A stretch of DNA of 64,000 bases, taken from NCBI GenBank assembly GCA_041483195.1, contig JBGPFC010000002.1:159706-223705 (forward strand), in the 5' to 3' direction. Positions within the stretch are counted from its first letter, which is position 1. Every line of letters begins with the position of its first letter. The notes under the pieces are model-generated. The model worked only from the letters and a program-made list of their open reading frames with translations. It did no database searches and was not told the DNA's origin. The DNA comes from Candidatus Eiseniibacteriota bacterium (lineage in GTDB: Bacteria > Eisenbacteria > RBG-16-71-46). The position numbers were made by a program, and so were the translations under genes. Below are positions 21,317 through 31,803 of this stretch, in pieces.

Positions 21317-22918
21317 ATGGGCAAACGGATCCAGTTCGATGATGCGGCACGCGAGGCCTTGCGCCGCGGCGTGGATCAGCTGGCGGGCGCGGTGCGCGTC
21401 ACCCTCGGACCGCGCGGGCGCAACGTCGTGATCGAGCACGGCGCCGGCGGGCCCACCATCACCAACGACGGGCTCACCATCGCGCGCGAAATCGAGCTGG
21501 CCGACCGCTTCGAGAACATGGGCGCGCAGCTGGTCAAGGAGGTGGCGATCAAGACCGGCGAGGTGGCGGGCGACGGCACGACCACCGCGACCGTGCTCGC
21601 GCACGGCATCGTGACGCGCGGCCTGCGCGCGATCGCCGCCGGTCACAACCCCGTGACCCTGAGGCGCGGCATCGAGCGCGCGGTGACGACCGCGGTCGAG
21701 TCGATCAAAACCCAGTCGCGCGCCGTGCGCGATCGCGCCGACATCGCGCGGATCGCCGCCGTGAGCGCCAACGACGACGGCGCGATCGGCGACCTGGTGG
21801 CCGATGCGATGGAGCGCGTCGGCCGGCAGGGTGTGATCACCGTCGAGGAAGGGCGCGGCATGGAGACCACGCTCGAGGTGGTGGAGGGCGTGCGCTTCGA
21901 CCGCGGCTACCTCTCGCCCTATTTCGTCACCAGCCCCGAGACCATGGAGGTCTCGCTCGAGAATCCGCTGGTGATGCTCGCCGACCTCAAGTTCTCGGTT
22001 CCGCGGGATCTGCTGCCCGCGCTCGAGCACGCCGCGAACGCATCGCGTCCGCTGCTGCTGGTGGCAGACGACGTCGAGGGCGAGGCACTCGCGATGCTGG
22101 TGGTGAACCGGCTGCGCGGCACCGTGAGCTCGGTCGCGGTGCGCGCCCCGGCCACCGGCGACCGTCGCCGCGACCTGCTCGACGATCTCGCGGTGCTCAC
22201 CGGCGCCACGCTGTTCGCGCCCGATCTCGGGCGCAAGGCCGACCAGATCCGTCCCGAGGATCTCGGACGCGCGCGTCGGGTGCGGGTGGACCGCGACAAC
22301 ACCACGATCATCGAGGGCGGCGGGCGCGCGGGCGCGATTCGCCAGCGGATCGCGCAGATCGAGAAGTCGCTCGCGACCTGCGATTCCGACTACGATCGCG
22401 AAGCGTTGCGCGAGCGGCTCGCGCGGCTCACCGGCGGGGTGGCCGTGATTCGGGTGGGCGCGCCCACCGAGACCGCGCTCGGGGAGCGGAAGGCCCGTCT
22501 CGAAGACGCACTCGCCGCGACGCGCGCCGCGGTGGAGGAAGGCGTGGTGGTGGGCGGGGGCGTCGCGCTGCTCCGCGCGCAGGCGGCGGTGCGCGCGCTC
22601 GCGCTCACGCCCGAGGAGCAGGTGGGGCGGGACATCGTGCTGTTCGCCCTCGAGCTGCCGGCGATGCAGATCGCGGAGAACGCGGGGCTCGACGGCCCGG
22701 TGGTGGTGGAGCGCATCCGGCGCGCGGGCGGCGACATCGGGCTCGACGCATCGACCGGCAACTACGTCGATCTCGCGGCGGCGGGCATCCTCGATCCGGC
22801 GAAGGTCACGCGCTGCGCTCTGCAAAACGCCGCGAGCATCGGATCGCTGGTGCTCACCACCGACGCGATCGTGGTGGACAGCGACGACGACGAATCCGCG
22901 CCGGAGGCCGAAGGCTAG
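21317..22918 (+). CDS. groEL: Chaperonin GroEL, divergent paralog
   Basis: [37 protein letters not shown] and GILDPAKV motifs. Confidence 0.95.
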   Translation: MGKRIQFDDAAREALRRGVDQLAGAVRVTLGPRGRNVVIEHGAGGPTITNDGLTIAREIELADRFENMGAQLVKEVAIKTGEVAGDGTTTATVLAHGIVTRGLRAIAAGHNPVTLRRGIERAVTTAVESIKTQSRAVRDRADIARIAAVSANDDGAIGDLVADAMERVGRQGVITVEEGRGMETTLEVVEGVRFDRGYLSPYFVTSPETMEVSLENPLVMLADLKFSVPRDLLPALEHAANASRPLLLVADDVEGEALAMLVVNRLRGTVSSVAVRAPATGDRRRDLLDDLAVLTGATLFAPDLGRKADQIRPEDLGRARRVRVDRDNTTIIEGGGRAGAIRQRIAQIEKSLATCDSDYDREALRERLARLTGGVAVIRVGAPTETALGERKARLEDALAATRAAVEEGVVVGGGVALLRAQAAVRALALTPEEQVGRDIVLFALELPAMQIAENAGLDGPVVVERIRRAGGDIGLDASTGNYVDLAAAGILDPAKVTRCALQNAASIGSLVLTTDAIVVDSDDDESAPEAEG

Positions 22919-22949
22919 AGATCCGGAGCGGCGGTCGGGGGCGGGGAGT

Positions 22950-23831
22950 TCACGGCCATCCGAGCGGGCGCGTGAGCGCGAACGTATCGGGCGCGGACAC
23001 CGCGCCCGCGCCATCGATCGTGAGCCGCGCCTCCCCGCCGCACGCCGCGTGCGCCAGCACCGCGAGCCCGATCCATCCGCCCGCGCCGTCGGGTGCCACG
23101 CTGGTGAGGACGCCGACCCGTTCATCGGCGGCGCGGACTTCGGCCGGAATCGCGGGCGGGGCGCCGGCGGCGCCGATCCGCGCGAGCCGCCGCCGCACGG
23201 CGTCGTACGTGACGAGCCGCAGCAGCGCCTCCTGTCCGGTGAAGCAGCCCTTCGCGAGGTGGACCTCGTGCGCAATCCCGATCTCGAACGGCGTGAACGC
23301 CTCCGCGATCTCGTGGCCGTGACGCGGCCAGCCCATCCGCACGCGGCGCGGCTCAGCGTCTTCGGCCGCGGCGGCGCCCGGCGCGGCATCGATCGCGTAA
23401 CCGAAGTCGGCAACGGGCTGCACGCGGACGGGCGCGCCGTCCCGCTCCTCAGCGGTGCCCGCCGCGAGACCGCTCGCGTCCGGAATCCCGCGCACCGCAA
23501 AGCGCGCGCTCTGATCCTCGACCCGCACCCGCTCGCGGAACACGTGGCGTTCGATGAACGCGGCGAGCGTATCGCCCGGCGCGTCGTCGCGGATCAGCCA
23601 GAGCGCGCCGTCGCGGGTCCGCGCGACCGCCGCGCGATGCAGCAGCCGGCCGCGAAAATCGCAGAAGGGCGCCATCCGCGCGCCGCCTGAGGCGAGGTCC
23701 TCGAGGAACGGGGTCGCGAGGCGGTGGAGCAGCCCGAGCGCGTCCGGCCCATCGAGACGGATGAGCGTCGGCGCAGACCGGGCCGGGCCCGCCGGGCCGG
23801 CGGGGGCGGAGTGCGAATCGGAGGATCCCAC
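22950..23831 (-). CDS. ygfZ: YgfZ/GcvT-like folate-binding Fe-S assembly protein
   Basis: KGCFTGQE signature. Confidence 0.85.
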   Translation of the reverse strand: MGSSDSHSAPAGPAGPARSAPTLIRLDGPDALGLLHRLATPFLEDLASGGARMAPFCDFRGRLLHRAAVARTRDGALWLIRDDAPGDTLAAFIERHVFRERVRVEDQSARFAVRGIPDASGLAAGTAEERDGAPVRVQPVADFGYAIDAAPGAAAAEDAEPRRVRMGWPRHGHEIAEAFTPFEIGIAHEVHLAKGCFTGQEALLRLVTYDAVRRRLARIGAAGAPPAIPAEVRAADERVGVLTSVAPDGAGGWIGLAVLAHAACGGEARLTIDGAGAVSAPDTFALTRPLGWP

Positions 23832-23928
23832 GCGCCGAGGCTAACCAGCGGGCGAGGGTGGCGCAACCCGGCACCCGATGCTAGATTCGCGCGTCGCGTT
23901 CACACGCCGCCTCATGCGGAGTCCACCG

Positions 23929-25002
23929 ATGCCGGTCAATACCGAGACGCTCGCCGAGCTGCTGGAGACGCTGATCAACATTCCGAGCGAGACCGGCTCC
24001 GAGCTCGCGCTCGCCGACTGGATCATGAACCGGCTGCGCGCGCGCGGCGCGGGGGAATGCCTGCGCTCGGGGCACAGCGTCGTGTGGCGCGGCCCGCAGC
24101 GCGGCCGGCCCCTGGTGGTGCTCGCGGGTCATCTCGACACGGTGCCGGCGCGCGGCAACGCGCGCGCGCGCTACGGCGACGGCCGGCTCTACGGCGTCGG
24201 GTCCACCGACATGAAGGGCGGCGACGCCGTCATGCTCTCGCTGGCCGAGACGCTCGACCCCTCGCGCCTCCGCTTCGACCTGGCGGCGGTGTTCTACGAG
24301 GCGGAGGAGGGGCCGGCGGATGGCAACGGCCTGGGTCGACTGCTGGGCGAGATGCCGTGGTTGCGCGAGGCGAGGCTCGCGGTCCTGCTCGAGCCCACCG
24401 ATCTCAAGGTGGAGCTGGGATGCATCGGCACGCTCAACGCCGAGGTGCGCGTCACCGGCAAGAGCGCCCACAGCGCGCGGCCCTGGCTCGGCGCCAACGC
24501 CGTCGAGCGCGCGGCACCATGGCTCGCCGAGATCACGCGCTTCCCGGTGACGTCGGTCAGCGTGCAGGGGGTCGAGTTCCGCGAGACGCTCCAGGTCACG
24601 ACGCTGCACGCGGGCCGCACCCGGAACGTGATCCCCGACGAACTGATCGCGAACCTCAACTATCGCTTCCCACCCGACCGCACGCTGGATTCCGCCGAGC
24701 GGCGGCTCCGCGCCCTGGTGCCCGGCACCTTCGAGTGCCGGATCGTGGATCGCGCGCCGCCCGGGCGGGTGTGCCTCGACCGGCCCGAGGTGCGTGAGTT
24801 CATCGCGCGCTTCGACGCCGCGACGGCGGGCAAGCAGGGATGGACCGACGTCGCGCGCTTCACCGATCTCGGCATCGCGGCGTTCAATTTCGGCCCGGGC
24901 GTGCCGGAGCTGGCGCACCAGGTGGAGGAGTACTGCCCGGTCGCGAATCTCGCGCCGGCCTACGACTGGCTCGCGCGCTACCTCACGTCGGAGGACGCGT
25001 GA
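23929..25002 (+). CDS. dapE: Succinyl-diaminopimelate desuccinylase
   Basis: GHLDTV, DMKGG, EAEE, GWTD and LAH motifs; lies next to dapC and dapD. Confidence 0.92.
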   Translation: MPVNTETLAELLETLINIPSETGSELALADWIMNRLRARGAGECLRSGHSVVWRGPQRGRPLVVLAGHLDTVPARGNARARYGDGRLYGVGSTDMKGGDAVMLSLAETLDPSRLRFDLAAVFYEAEEGPADGNGLGRLLGEMPWLREARLAVLLEPTDLKVELGCIGTLNAEVRVTGKSAHSARPWLGANAVERAAPWLAEITRFPVTSVSVQGVEFRETLQVTTLHAGRTRNVIPDELIANLNYRFPPDRTLDSAERRLRALVPGTFECRIVDRAPPGRVCLDRPEVREFIARFDAATAGKQGWTDVARFTDLGIAAFNFGPGVPELAHQVEEYCPVANLAPAYDWLARYLTSEDA

Positions 25003-26183
25003 GCGCCGGCGCGACGCGGCGCGTGGCGAGCGAAGCGCCGCTCAACCCGCTGCTCACGGGCGCGGGCGAGTATCCGTTCATCCGCCTCGACCGCATGAAG
25101 CAGGCGCTTCAGCCCTCCGGGATGAAGCCCATCAACTTCAGCATCGGCGACCCGCGCGAGCCGACGCCGGCGTTCATCCGCGACGAGCTGAAGCGCTCGG
25201 TGCCCGACGTCTCGAGCTATCCTTCGGTCGCTGGACTGCCCGAGCTGCGCGCGGCGTGCGCGGGCTGGCTCGCGCGCCGGTTCGGCGTATCGCTCGATCC
25301 GGAGACCCAGATCCTCCCGGCCAACGGCACCAAGGAGGCGGTCTTCCTGCTCGCGTTCGCGGTCGTGGGGCGCGATGCCGCGCGCGACACGGTGGTGATT
25401 CCGACGCCCGCCTATCCGGTGTACGAGCCCGCCGCGCGTTTCGCGGGAGCGCAGGTGCACTCCGTTCCACTCGCTCGGGCCGAAGGATTTCGGTTCGATC
25501 CGGAGCGCGTGCCGGACACGGTGTGGGCTCGCACCGCGCTGCTCTGGCTCAACTACCCGCACAATCCCACCGGCGCCACGCTCGATCCGGCCGCCTACTC
25601 GCGCATCCACGAGCACGCGAGAGCGCACGGATACTGGGTGGCGTCCGACGAGGCCTACGCCGAGATCTATTTCGGGACGCCCCCGCGCAGCATGCTCGAG
25701 GCCGGATCCGACCACGTGCTCGCGCTCCACTCGCTCAGCAAGCGCTCCGCGATGACCGGCTACCGTTCGGGTTTCATGGCGGGCGACGAGCGGCTGATCG
25801 CGGCGCTCCGGCGCTTTCGTCCCAACGTGGGGGTGGCGACCCCGGAGTTCGTGCAGCACGCGGCGATCGCGGCGTGGAACGACGACGCGCACGCCGGCGA
25901 CCAGCGCGCGCGGTACGCCGTCAAGCGCCGGCTGTTCCTCGACGACTTCGCGCGGCGCGGGTGGGTGACCGAGGCCAGCGAGGCGACGTTCTATCTCTGG
26001 ATCCGCGCCGCGCGCGGTGACGACGTCGGCCTGGTGGAGCGCATGCTGCGCGCGGGGCTGGTGGCGCTGCCCGGCTCGTTCCTGGGGGCGGGCGGCGAGG
26101 GGTTCGTGCGCTGGGCGCTGGTGCCCACGCTCGAAGAATGCCGCGAGGCGATCGCGCGGCTCGCCACGGTCGAGAACGCATGA
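24999..26183 (+). CDS. dapC: Succinyldiaminopimelate aminotransferase (PLP class I/II)
   Basis: NYPHNPTG, SDEAY and SLSKRSAMTGYRSG motifs; gene context. Confidence 0.88.
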   Translation: MSAGATRRVASEAPLNPLLTGAGEYPFIRLDRMKQALQPSGMKPINFSIGDPREPTPAFIRDELKRSVPDVSSYPSVAGLPELRAACAGWLARRFGVSLDPETQILPANGTKEAVFLLAFAVVGRDAARDTVVIPTPAYPVYEPAARFAGAQVHSVPLARAEGFRFDPERVPDTVWARTALLWLNYPHNPTGATLDPAAYSRIHEHARAHGYWVASDEAYAEIYFGTPPRSMLEAGSDHVLALHSLSKRSAMTGYRSGFMAGDERLIAALRRFRPNVGVATPEFVQHAAIAAWNDDAHAGDQRARYAVKRRLFLDDFARRGWVTEASEATFYLWIRAARGDDVGLVERMLRAGLVALPGSFLGAGGEGFVRWALVPTLEECREAIARLATVENA

Positions 26184-27049
26184 GCGACGAGTATCCGCTC
26201 GATCGCTGGCGCGCGACGGTGGCCGAAGCCTACGACGGGCGCCGCCCACTCGACGACGCCGCGGTGCGCGGCGCGGTCGAGGGCACGGTCGCTGCGCTCG
26301 ATTGCGGCGATCTGCGCGTGGCCGAGCGCGGGCCGCAGCGCGAGCGCGTGGGCGGCGCGCCGTCCCCGGGCGCGGAGTGGATCACGCACGGCTGGATCCA
26401 GCAGGCGCTCGCGCTTTACTTCCGGCTGCGCATTTCGAAGACCATCGAGGCCGGGCCCTTCGAGTTCCACGACAAGATTCCGCTCAAGAAAAACCTCGCG
26501 GCCGCCGGCGTGCGCGTCGTGCCCCCGGGCATGGTGCGCTACGGCGCGTTCCTCGAGCCCGGGGTGATCGTGATGCCGGCCTACGTGAACATCGGCGCGC
26601 GCGTGGGGGAGGGGACGCTGGTGGACACCTGGGCGACGGTCGGATCGTGCGCCCAGATCGGCAAGCGCGTGCATCTGTCGGGCGGCGTGGGGATCGGTGG
26701 CGTCCTCGAGCCGCCGCAGAGCCGGCCGGTGATCGTCGAGGACGATTGCTTCATCGGCTCGCGCGTGATCCTGGTCGAGGGCGTGCTGATCGAATCCGGC
26801 GCGGTGCTGGGAGCCGGCGTGGTGCTGACGTCCTCGACGCCGGTCGTGGACGTGACGCGAGCCGAGGCCGCGATCATGCGCGGACGGGTCCCGCCGCGGG
26901 CGGTGGTGATCCCGGGCACGCTGCCCAAGCAGTTTCCCGCCGGGTCGTTCGGGACGCCATGCGCGCTGATCATCGGGGAGCGCAAGGAATCCACCGACCT
27001 CAAGACCTCGTTGAACCTGGCGCTGCGGGAGTTCGGCGTGCCGATGTAG
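26180..27049 (+). CDS. dapD: Tetrahydrodipicolinate N-succinyltransferase
   Basis: DKIP, DTWATVGSCAQIG and HLSGGVGIGGVLEP motifs. Confidence 0.96.
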   Translation: MSDEYPLDRWRATVAEAYDGRRPLDDAAVRGAVEGTVAALDCGDLRVAERGPQRERVGGAPSPGAEWITHGWIQQALALYFRLRISKTIEAGPFEFHDKIPLKKNLAAAGVRVVPPGMVRYGAFLEPGVIVMPAYVNIGARVGEGTLVDTWATVGSCAQIGKRVHLSGGVGIGGVLEPPQSRPVIVEDDCFIGSRVILVEGVLIESGAVLGAGVVLTSSTPVVDVTRAEAAIMRGRVPPRAVVIPGTLPKQFPAGSFGTPCALIIGERKESTDLKTSLNLALREFGVPM

Positions 27050-27134
27050 GACCCGGCCGCGCCCGGGCCCGCACGCGAGGCCGGTTCGCGTTCGACCGCG
27101 CCACCTCGCCGTCCACGGACCGCCGCGCCCGCGC

Positions 27135-27163
27135 TTGACCACCCCCCATCCCGCTCCTAGACT
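27135..27163 (+). promoter_or_regulatory. sigma70-type promoter for the folB operon
   Basis: TTGACC-N17-TAGACT in the intergenic region upstream of folB. Confidence 0.6.
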
Positions 27164-27225
27164 CCGCGCGGTTCGTGGCGGCCGGCCATCGGGTCGTCCG
27201 CCGCTCGCACATCGGAGGCAAGCGG

Positions 27226-27585
27226 TTGGCCACCATACGTCTCGAAGGTCTCTCGGTGTTCGGGCACCACGGGGCCCGGCCCTACGAAAAGGAAGCCGGC
27301 CAGCGGCTCGAAGTCGACCTGGAGCTGGAGCCGACCGACGACCGTGCCGAGAAGAGCGATCGCCTGGGGGATGCCGTGGACTACGATCTCCTCAATCGCA
27401 CCGTGCGTGAGGTGGTCGAGGGCAAGAGTTTCCATCTGCTCGAGACGCTCGCGGCGACCACCGCCGAGACCGTGCTGGAGCGCTTCGCGGTGCGAAGGGT
27501 GAAGGTGCGGATCGCGAAGCAGAATCTGGGCTGGACGACCGGTGGACGGGCGATCATCGAAGTCGTGCGGGAGCGGCGCGCATGA
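27226..27585 (+). CDS. folB: Dihydroneopterin aldolase
   Basis: FGHHG..E...GQ, VDY and LLETLA motifs. TTG start after GGAGG. Confidence 0.92.
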   Translation: MATIRLEGLSVFGHHGARPYEKEAGQRLEVDLELEPTDDRAEKSDRLGDAVDYDLLNRTVREVVEGKSFHLLETLAATTAETVLERFAVRRVKVRIAKQNLGWTTGGRAIIEVVRERRA

Positions 27586-28076
27586 AGGCGTTCATCGGGC
27601 TGGGCTCGAATCTCGGCGAGCGCGAGGCCATGATCCGCCAGGCGCTCGAGGAGCTGGTGCGCCTGCCCGGCACCCAGCTGACGCGGGCTTCCTCGCTCTA
27701 CGACACCGAGCCGGCCGGCGAAGTGGATCAGCCGAACTTCTTGAACGCCGTCGCGCAGATCGATACCGAGCTCACCCCCCGCCAGCTGCTCTGGAATCTG
27801 ATGCTGATCGAGAAACGTCTCGGCCGCGTGCGCACCCGGCGCTGGGGGCCGCGCACCATGGATCTCGACCTGCTGCTGTACGGCGACCTCATCATCGAGG
27901 AGCCCGACCTCGTGGTGCCGCATCCGGAGCTCACGAGGCGTTCGTTCGTCCTGGTGCCGCTCGTCGAGCTCGATCCCCTGCTGGTGCATCCGGGGACGGG
28001 AGAAACCCTGCTCAATCATCTGTCGAGGCTGACCACGAGGCCGCCGATCAAGCGGGGCACCCGGCTCTGGAATTGA
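27582..28076 (+). CDS. folK: HPPK (6-hydroxymethyl-7,8-dihydropterin pyrophosphokinase)
   Basis: IGLGSNLG, FLNAV, RWGPRTMDLDLL and PHP motifs. Confidence 0.96.
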   Translation: MKAFIGLGSNLGEREAMIRQALEELVRLPGTQLTRASSLYDTEPAGEVDQPNFLNAVAQIDTELTPRQLLWNLMLIEKRLGRVRTRRWGPRTMDLDLLLYGDLIIEEPDLVVPHPELTRRSFVLVPLVELDPLLVHPGTGETLLNHLSRLTTRPPIKRGTRLWN

Positions 28077-28078
28077 GG

Positions 28079-28729
28079 ATGGCGGACAATCGCTACATCG
28101 TCGTCGAGGGGGTCATCGGAGTCGGCAAGACCACCCTCGCGCGGCTGCTGAGCGAGCGTCTCCAGGCCAAGCTGGTGCTCGAGGAAGTCGAGGAGAATCC
28201 GTTTCTCAAGGATTTCTACCGGGACCGCGCGCGCTACGCTTTTCAGACGCAGATGCACTTCCTGTTCAGCCGCTATCAGCAGCAGCGCGGGCTCCCTCAG
28301 ATGGAGCTGTTCCGCGAGCGCATGGTGGCGGACTACCTGTTTCAGAAGGATCGCATCTTCGCCTCGCTCAACCTCTCGGAGCGCGAGCTGGCGCTCTACG
28401 AGCGGATGGTGGGGTGGCTCGAGCTCGAGATCATGAAGCCCGACGTCGTGGTCTACCTGCAGGCCAGCCCCGACACGCTCATGGAGCGGATCGGCCGGCG
28501 CGCGCGGCCATACGAGAAGGAGATGGAACGCGAGTACATCAAGCAGCTCAACGAGGCCTACAATCATTTCTTCTTCCACTACGCGGAGGTCCCGCTGCTG
28601 GTGGTGAACACGAACGCGATCGATTTCGTGAACAACCCGGACGACTTCGAGGATCTTCAGAAGCGGATCCTGGCGCACGGGCAGGGCACCGTCTACTACG
28701 CACCGATCGAACGGGGGAGCACCTCATGA
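28079..28729 (+). CDS. Deoxynucleoside kinase
   Basis: VEGVIGVGKTT, ENPFL and FLFSRY motifs. Confidence 0.92.
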   Translation: MADNRYIVVEGVIGVGKTTLARLLSERLQAKLVLEEVEENPFLKDFYRDRARYAFQTQMHFLFSRYQQQRGLPQMELFRERMVADYLFQKDRIFASLNLSERELALYERMVGWLELEIMKPDVVVYLQASPDTLMERIGRRARPYEKEMEREYIKQLNEAYNHFFFHYAEVPLLVVNTNAIDFVNNPDDFEDLQKRILAHGQGTVYYAPIERGSTS

Positions 28730-29562
28730 GCGCCGATCCGCCGGTGAGGGCCGCTGGCCCTTCGCGCGCGAAACGCACCGCGCCGATGTTTCTGGAGTCG
28801 AAGCGGCGCGGCGAGCCGATCGTGGTCGTCACCGCCTACGATTTTCCGACCGCGCGCATCGCCGACGAAGCCGCGGTGGACATGATCCTGATCGGCGACA
28901 GCGTTGGCACCGTGGTGCTCGGCTACGAGAGCACGCTGCCGGTGACCATGGAGGACATGCTCCACCACACGAAGGCGGTGACGCGGGCGAAGCCCCTGGC
29001 GCTCGTCATCGCCGACATGCCGTTCATGTCGTACCAGGTGAGCGTCGAGCAGGCGGTGCTGAACGCCGGGCGGCTGGTGCAGGAGGGCGGCGCCGACGCG
29101 GTCAAGCTCGAGGGCGGCGAGCGGGTCGCCGAGGCGGTGCGGCGCATCGTGGAAGTCGGCATTCCGGTGATGGGCCACCTCGGTCTCACGCCGCAGTCGG
29201 TGCTCGCGTTCGGCGGATACAAGGTGCAGGCGCGCGGCGAGGCCGACCAGGAGCGCCTGTTGCGCGAGGCCCGGCTGCTCGAATCGTGCGGCTGCTTCTC
29301 GCTGGTGCTGGAAGGCATCCCCTCGCGGCTCGGCGCGACGGTGAGCCGCGATCTCACGATTCCCACCATCGGGATCGGCGCGGGCCCCGGCTGCGACGGG
29401 CAGGTGCTCGTCAGCCACGATCTGCTCGGGCTCTACCTCGGGCACACCCCGAAATTCGTGCGACGCTACGCCGCGCTCGCGGACGAGATGCGGAGCGCCT
29501 TCGAGCGCTTCGCGGCCGACGTGCGTGGGCGCTCATTTCCCGGCGAGCGGGAGTCCTATTGA
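28726..29562 (+). CDS. panB: Ketopantoate hydroxymethyltransferase
   Basis: TAYD, GDS, DMPF, VKLEGG and GHLGLTPQS motifs. Confidence 0.96.
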   Translation: MSADPPVRAAGPSRAKRTAPMFLESKRRGEPIVVVTAYDFPTARIADEAAVDMILIGDSVGTVVLGYESTLPVTMEDMLHHTKAVTRAKPLALVIADMPFMSYQVSVEQAVLNAGRLVQEGGADAVKLEGGERVAEAVRRIVEVGIPVMGHLGLTPQSVLAFGGYKVQARGEADQERLLREARLLESCGCFSLVLEGIPSRLGATVSRDLTIPTIGIGAGPGCDGQVLVSHDLLGLYLGHTPKFVRRYAALADEMRSAFERFAADVRGRSFPGERESY

Positions 29563-30464
29563 TGGCGTCGCCCTCGCGCCGCGCGGTACGTCGCGTCTCG
29601 TGGGCGTCGCGCGTCATGCGGCGGGTCCGCAAGATTTCCGATCTGCGCAGCCAGACCGCGGCGTGGCGTCGCGCGCGCGAGCGGATCGGGTTCGTTCCGA
29701 CCATGGGGGCGATCCATCGCGGACACCTGAGCCTGGTGCGCCGGGCGGCGGCGGCGAACGACCGCGTCGTCGTGAGCATCTTCGTGAACCCGCTCCAGTT
29801 CGGTCCGGGCGAGGACTTCCGCCGCTACCCGCGCCCGCTCGCCAGGGACCGCGCGCTGCTGCGCGCGGCGGGGGTCGATCTGCTCTGGGAGCCGCGCATC
29901 GATGACGTCTACCCGGCCGGCGACCGCACCCGCGTGCGCGTCGCGGAGCTGGGAGAGCGCCTCGAGGGCCGGGCGCGCCCCGGGCATTTCGAGGGCGTCA
30001 CCACCGTGGTGCTGCGGCTGCTGCACGCCGTGCAGCCCGACACGATGTGGGTGGGGCAGAAGGACGCTCAGCAGGCGCGGATCATCGAGCAGATGGTGCA
30101 CGACCTGCACCTGCCGGTCGCGGTGCGGCGCGCGCCAACGGTGCGCGAGCCCGACGGCCTCGCCTGCTCGTCGCGCAACGCGTATCTCGTCCCCGGGGAG
30201 CGTGCGCAGGCGGTCGCGTTGTCGCGGGGGCTCGCCGAGGCGCTGCGCGTGCTCGAGGGCGGCGAGCGTTCGGCGGCACGGGTCCGGGGAGCGATCCGCC
30301 GGGTGTGGCGCGCCCATCCGCGCGTGCGCGAGGATTACGTCGCGGTCGTGGACGCGGGGACGCTCCTGCCGGTGAAGCGCGTGCGGTCGCGCGTGCTGGT
30401 CGCGGTCGCGGCGCGGGTCGGCCGGACGCGCCTGATCGACAACCTCGAGTGGGAGCCGGCGTGA
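29562..30464 (+). CDS. panC: Pantoate-beta-alanine ligase
   Basis: PTMGAIHRGH, FVNPLQF, RPGHF, SSRN and RLIDN motifs. Alternative start at 29616. Confidence 0.95.
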   Translation: MASPSRRAVRRVSWASRVMRRVRKISDLRSQTAAWRRARERIGFVPTMGAIHRGHLSLVRRAAAANDRVVVSIFVNPLQFGPGEDFRRYPRPLARDRALLRAAGVDLLWEPRIDDVYPAGDRTRVRVAELGERLEGRARPGHFEGVTTVVLRLLHAVQPDTMWVGQKDAQQARIIEQMVHDLHLPVAVRRAPTVREPDGLACSSRNAYLVPGERAQAVALSRGLAEALRVLEGGERSAARVRGAIRRVWRAHPRVREDYVAVVDAGTLLPVKRVRSRVLVAVAARVGRTRLIDNLEWEPA

Positions 30465-31240
30465 CGCGCTATCGCCATTCCGAGGTGGCGTGCCTGGTGC
30501 TCGCCGCCGGGCAGGGCACGCGCATGAACAGCGATCTCGCCAAGGTGCTCCATCCGATGGCGGGCCAGCCGCTGCTCGCTCACGTGCTCGACGCGCTCGA
30601 GCGGCTCGGGGTGGGACGCGTGCTGGTCGTGATCGGCCACCAGCGCGAGCGGGTGCGCGCGGCCTTCGATGAGCGCGGGATCGAGTGGGTGGTGCAGGCG
30701 GAGCAGCGTGGCACCGGTCATGCGGTGCTGATGGCCGGCCCCGCGCTGGAGGCCTTCGAAGGCACGCTGCTGGTGGTGTGCGGCGACACGCCGCTGCTCA
30801 GGCCCGGCACGCTCCACGAGCTGCTCGTTGCGCACGCGTCGGGAGACGCCGCGGCCACCGTGCTCTCCATGCGCGTGCCCGACCCGAGCGGGTACGGGCG
30901 CATCCTGCGCGGCGCCGGCGACTCCGTCACGGCGATCGTCGAGGAGCGCGACGCCACCCCGGAGCAGCGACTCATCGACGAGGTGAACTCGGCGATCTAC
31001 GCATTCGACTATCCGAAGCTGGTCACCGTGCTCGCCAGGCTCAGCGCTCACAACGTGCAGGGCGAGTACTACCTGACCGACACCATCGCGTTGCTCCAGC
31101 GCGACGGGCATCGCACCGCGGTGGTGTGCGGCCCCGACTATCGCGAGCTGCTCGGGATCAACACCGTGGATCAGCTGGCCGAAGCGGAACGCATCTATTT
31201 CGCGCTGCAGGAACGTGGCAGCGAGGCGGGCGCCGGCTGA
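30461..31240 (+). CDS. GlmU-like nucleotidyltransferase (uridyltransferase domain only)
   Basis: LAAGQGTRM, KVLH, QRGTGHAV, GYGRI, EYYLTD and GIN motifs. Stops at about 259 aa, before the hexapeptide-repeat domain. Confidence 0.88.
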   Translation: MTRYRHSEVACLVLAAGQGTRMNSDLAKVLHPMAGQPLLAHVLDALERLGVGRVLVVIGHQRERVRAAFDERGIEWVVQAEQRGTGHAVLMAGPALEAFEGTLLVVCGDTPLLRPGTLHELLVAHASGDAAATVLSMRVPDPSGYGRILRGAGDSVTAIVEERDATPEQRLIDEVNSAIYAFDYPKLVTVLARLSAHNVQGEYYLTDTIALLQRDGHRTAVVCGPDYRELLGINTVDQLAEAERIYFALQERGSEAGAG

Positions 31241-31803
31241 TGGCTCCCGCGCGGGTCACGGATCGGCTCTGGGCGCCGTGGCGCATGGCGTACATCCGCG
31301 AAGCCGCCGCGCCGCGCGGGTGCCTGTTCTGCATGGTGCGTCGGGCGCGGGGGTCCGACCGGACGCTTCGAGTGCTCGCCCGCGCTCCGCACGCGCTGCT
31401 CATGCTGAATCGCTTTCCGTACAACCCCGGGCACCTGATGGTCGCGGCCGCACGTCACGTGGCGCGAATCGGCGATCTGGAGCCCCTGGAGCGTGAGGAT
31501 CTCGTGCGGCTGCTCGCGCTCGGTGAGCAGGCGCTCGAATCCGAATACCGCCCACACGGCATGAATGTCGGCGCCAACCTGGGCAGTGTCGCGGGCGCGG
31601 GCTTTCCGGGGCACCTTCACGTCCACATCGTCCCGCGCTGGAACGGCGACACCAATTTCATGCCGGTGATCGGGGAGACGAAGGTGCTCCCCGAGTCGCT
31701 GGACCGGACCTGGCGGCGCCTGCGTCACGCGCTGGCCGGGCTCGCCACGCGCGCGCCGCGTGCCGCGACGCGCGATCGGACCGGCCGTGTCGACCGTCGC
31801 TAG
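31240..31803 (+). CDS. HIT-family nucleotide hydrolase/phosphorylase
   Basis: LWAPWRMAYI, CLFC and HLHVHIVPRW motifs. Confidence 0.9.
   Translation: MAPARVTDRLWAPWRMAYIREAAAPRGCLFCMVRRARGSDRTLRVLARAPHALLMLNRFPYNPGHLMVAAARHVARIGDLEPLEREDLVRLLALGEQALESEYRPHGMNVGANLGSVAGAGFPGHLHVHIVPRWNGDTNFMPVIGETKVLPESLDRTWRRLRHALAGLATRAPRAATRDRTGRVDRR

Noticed and set aside
19229..23500. Very long ORFs on opposite strands or alternative frames (for example 1423 aa here, 12715..15867 and 32209..35658)
   Set aside because: These are Arg/Ala/Pro-rich shadow ORFs overlapping well-supported genes, as expected from stop-codon scarcity in GC-rich DNA.
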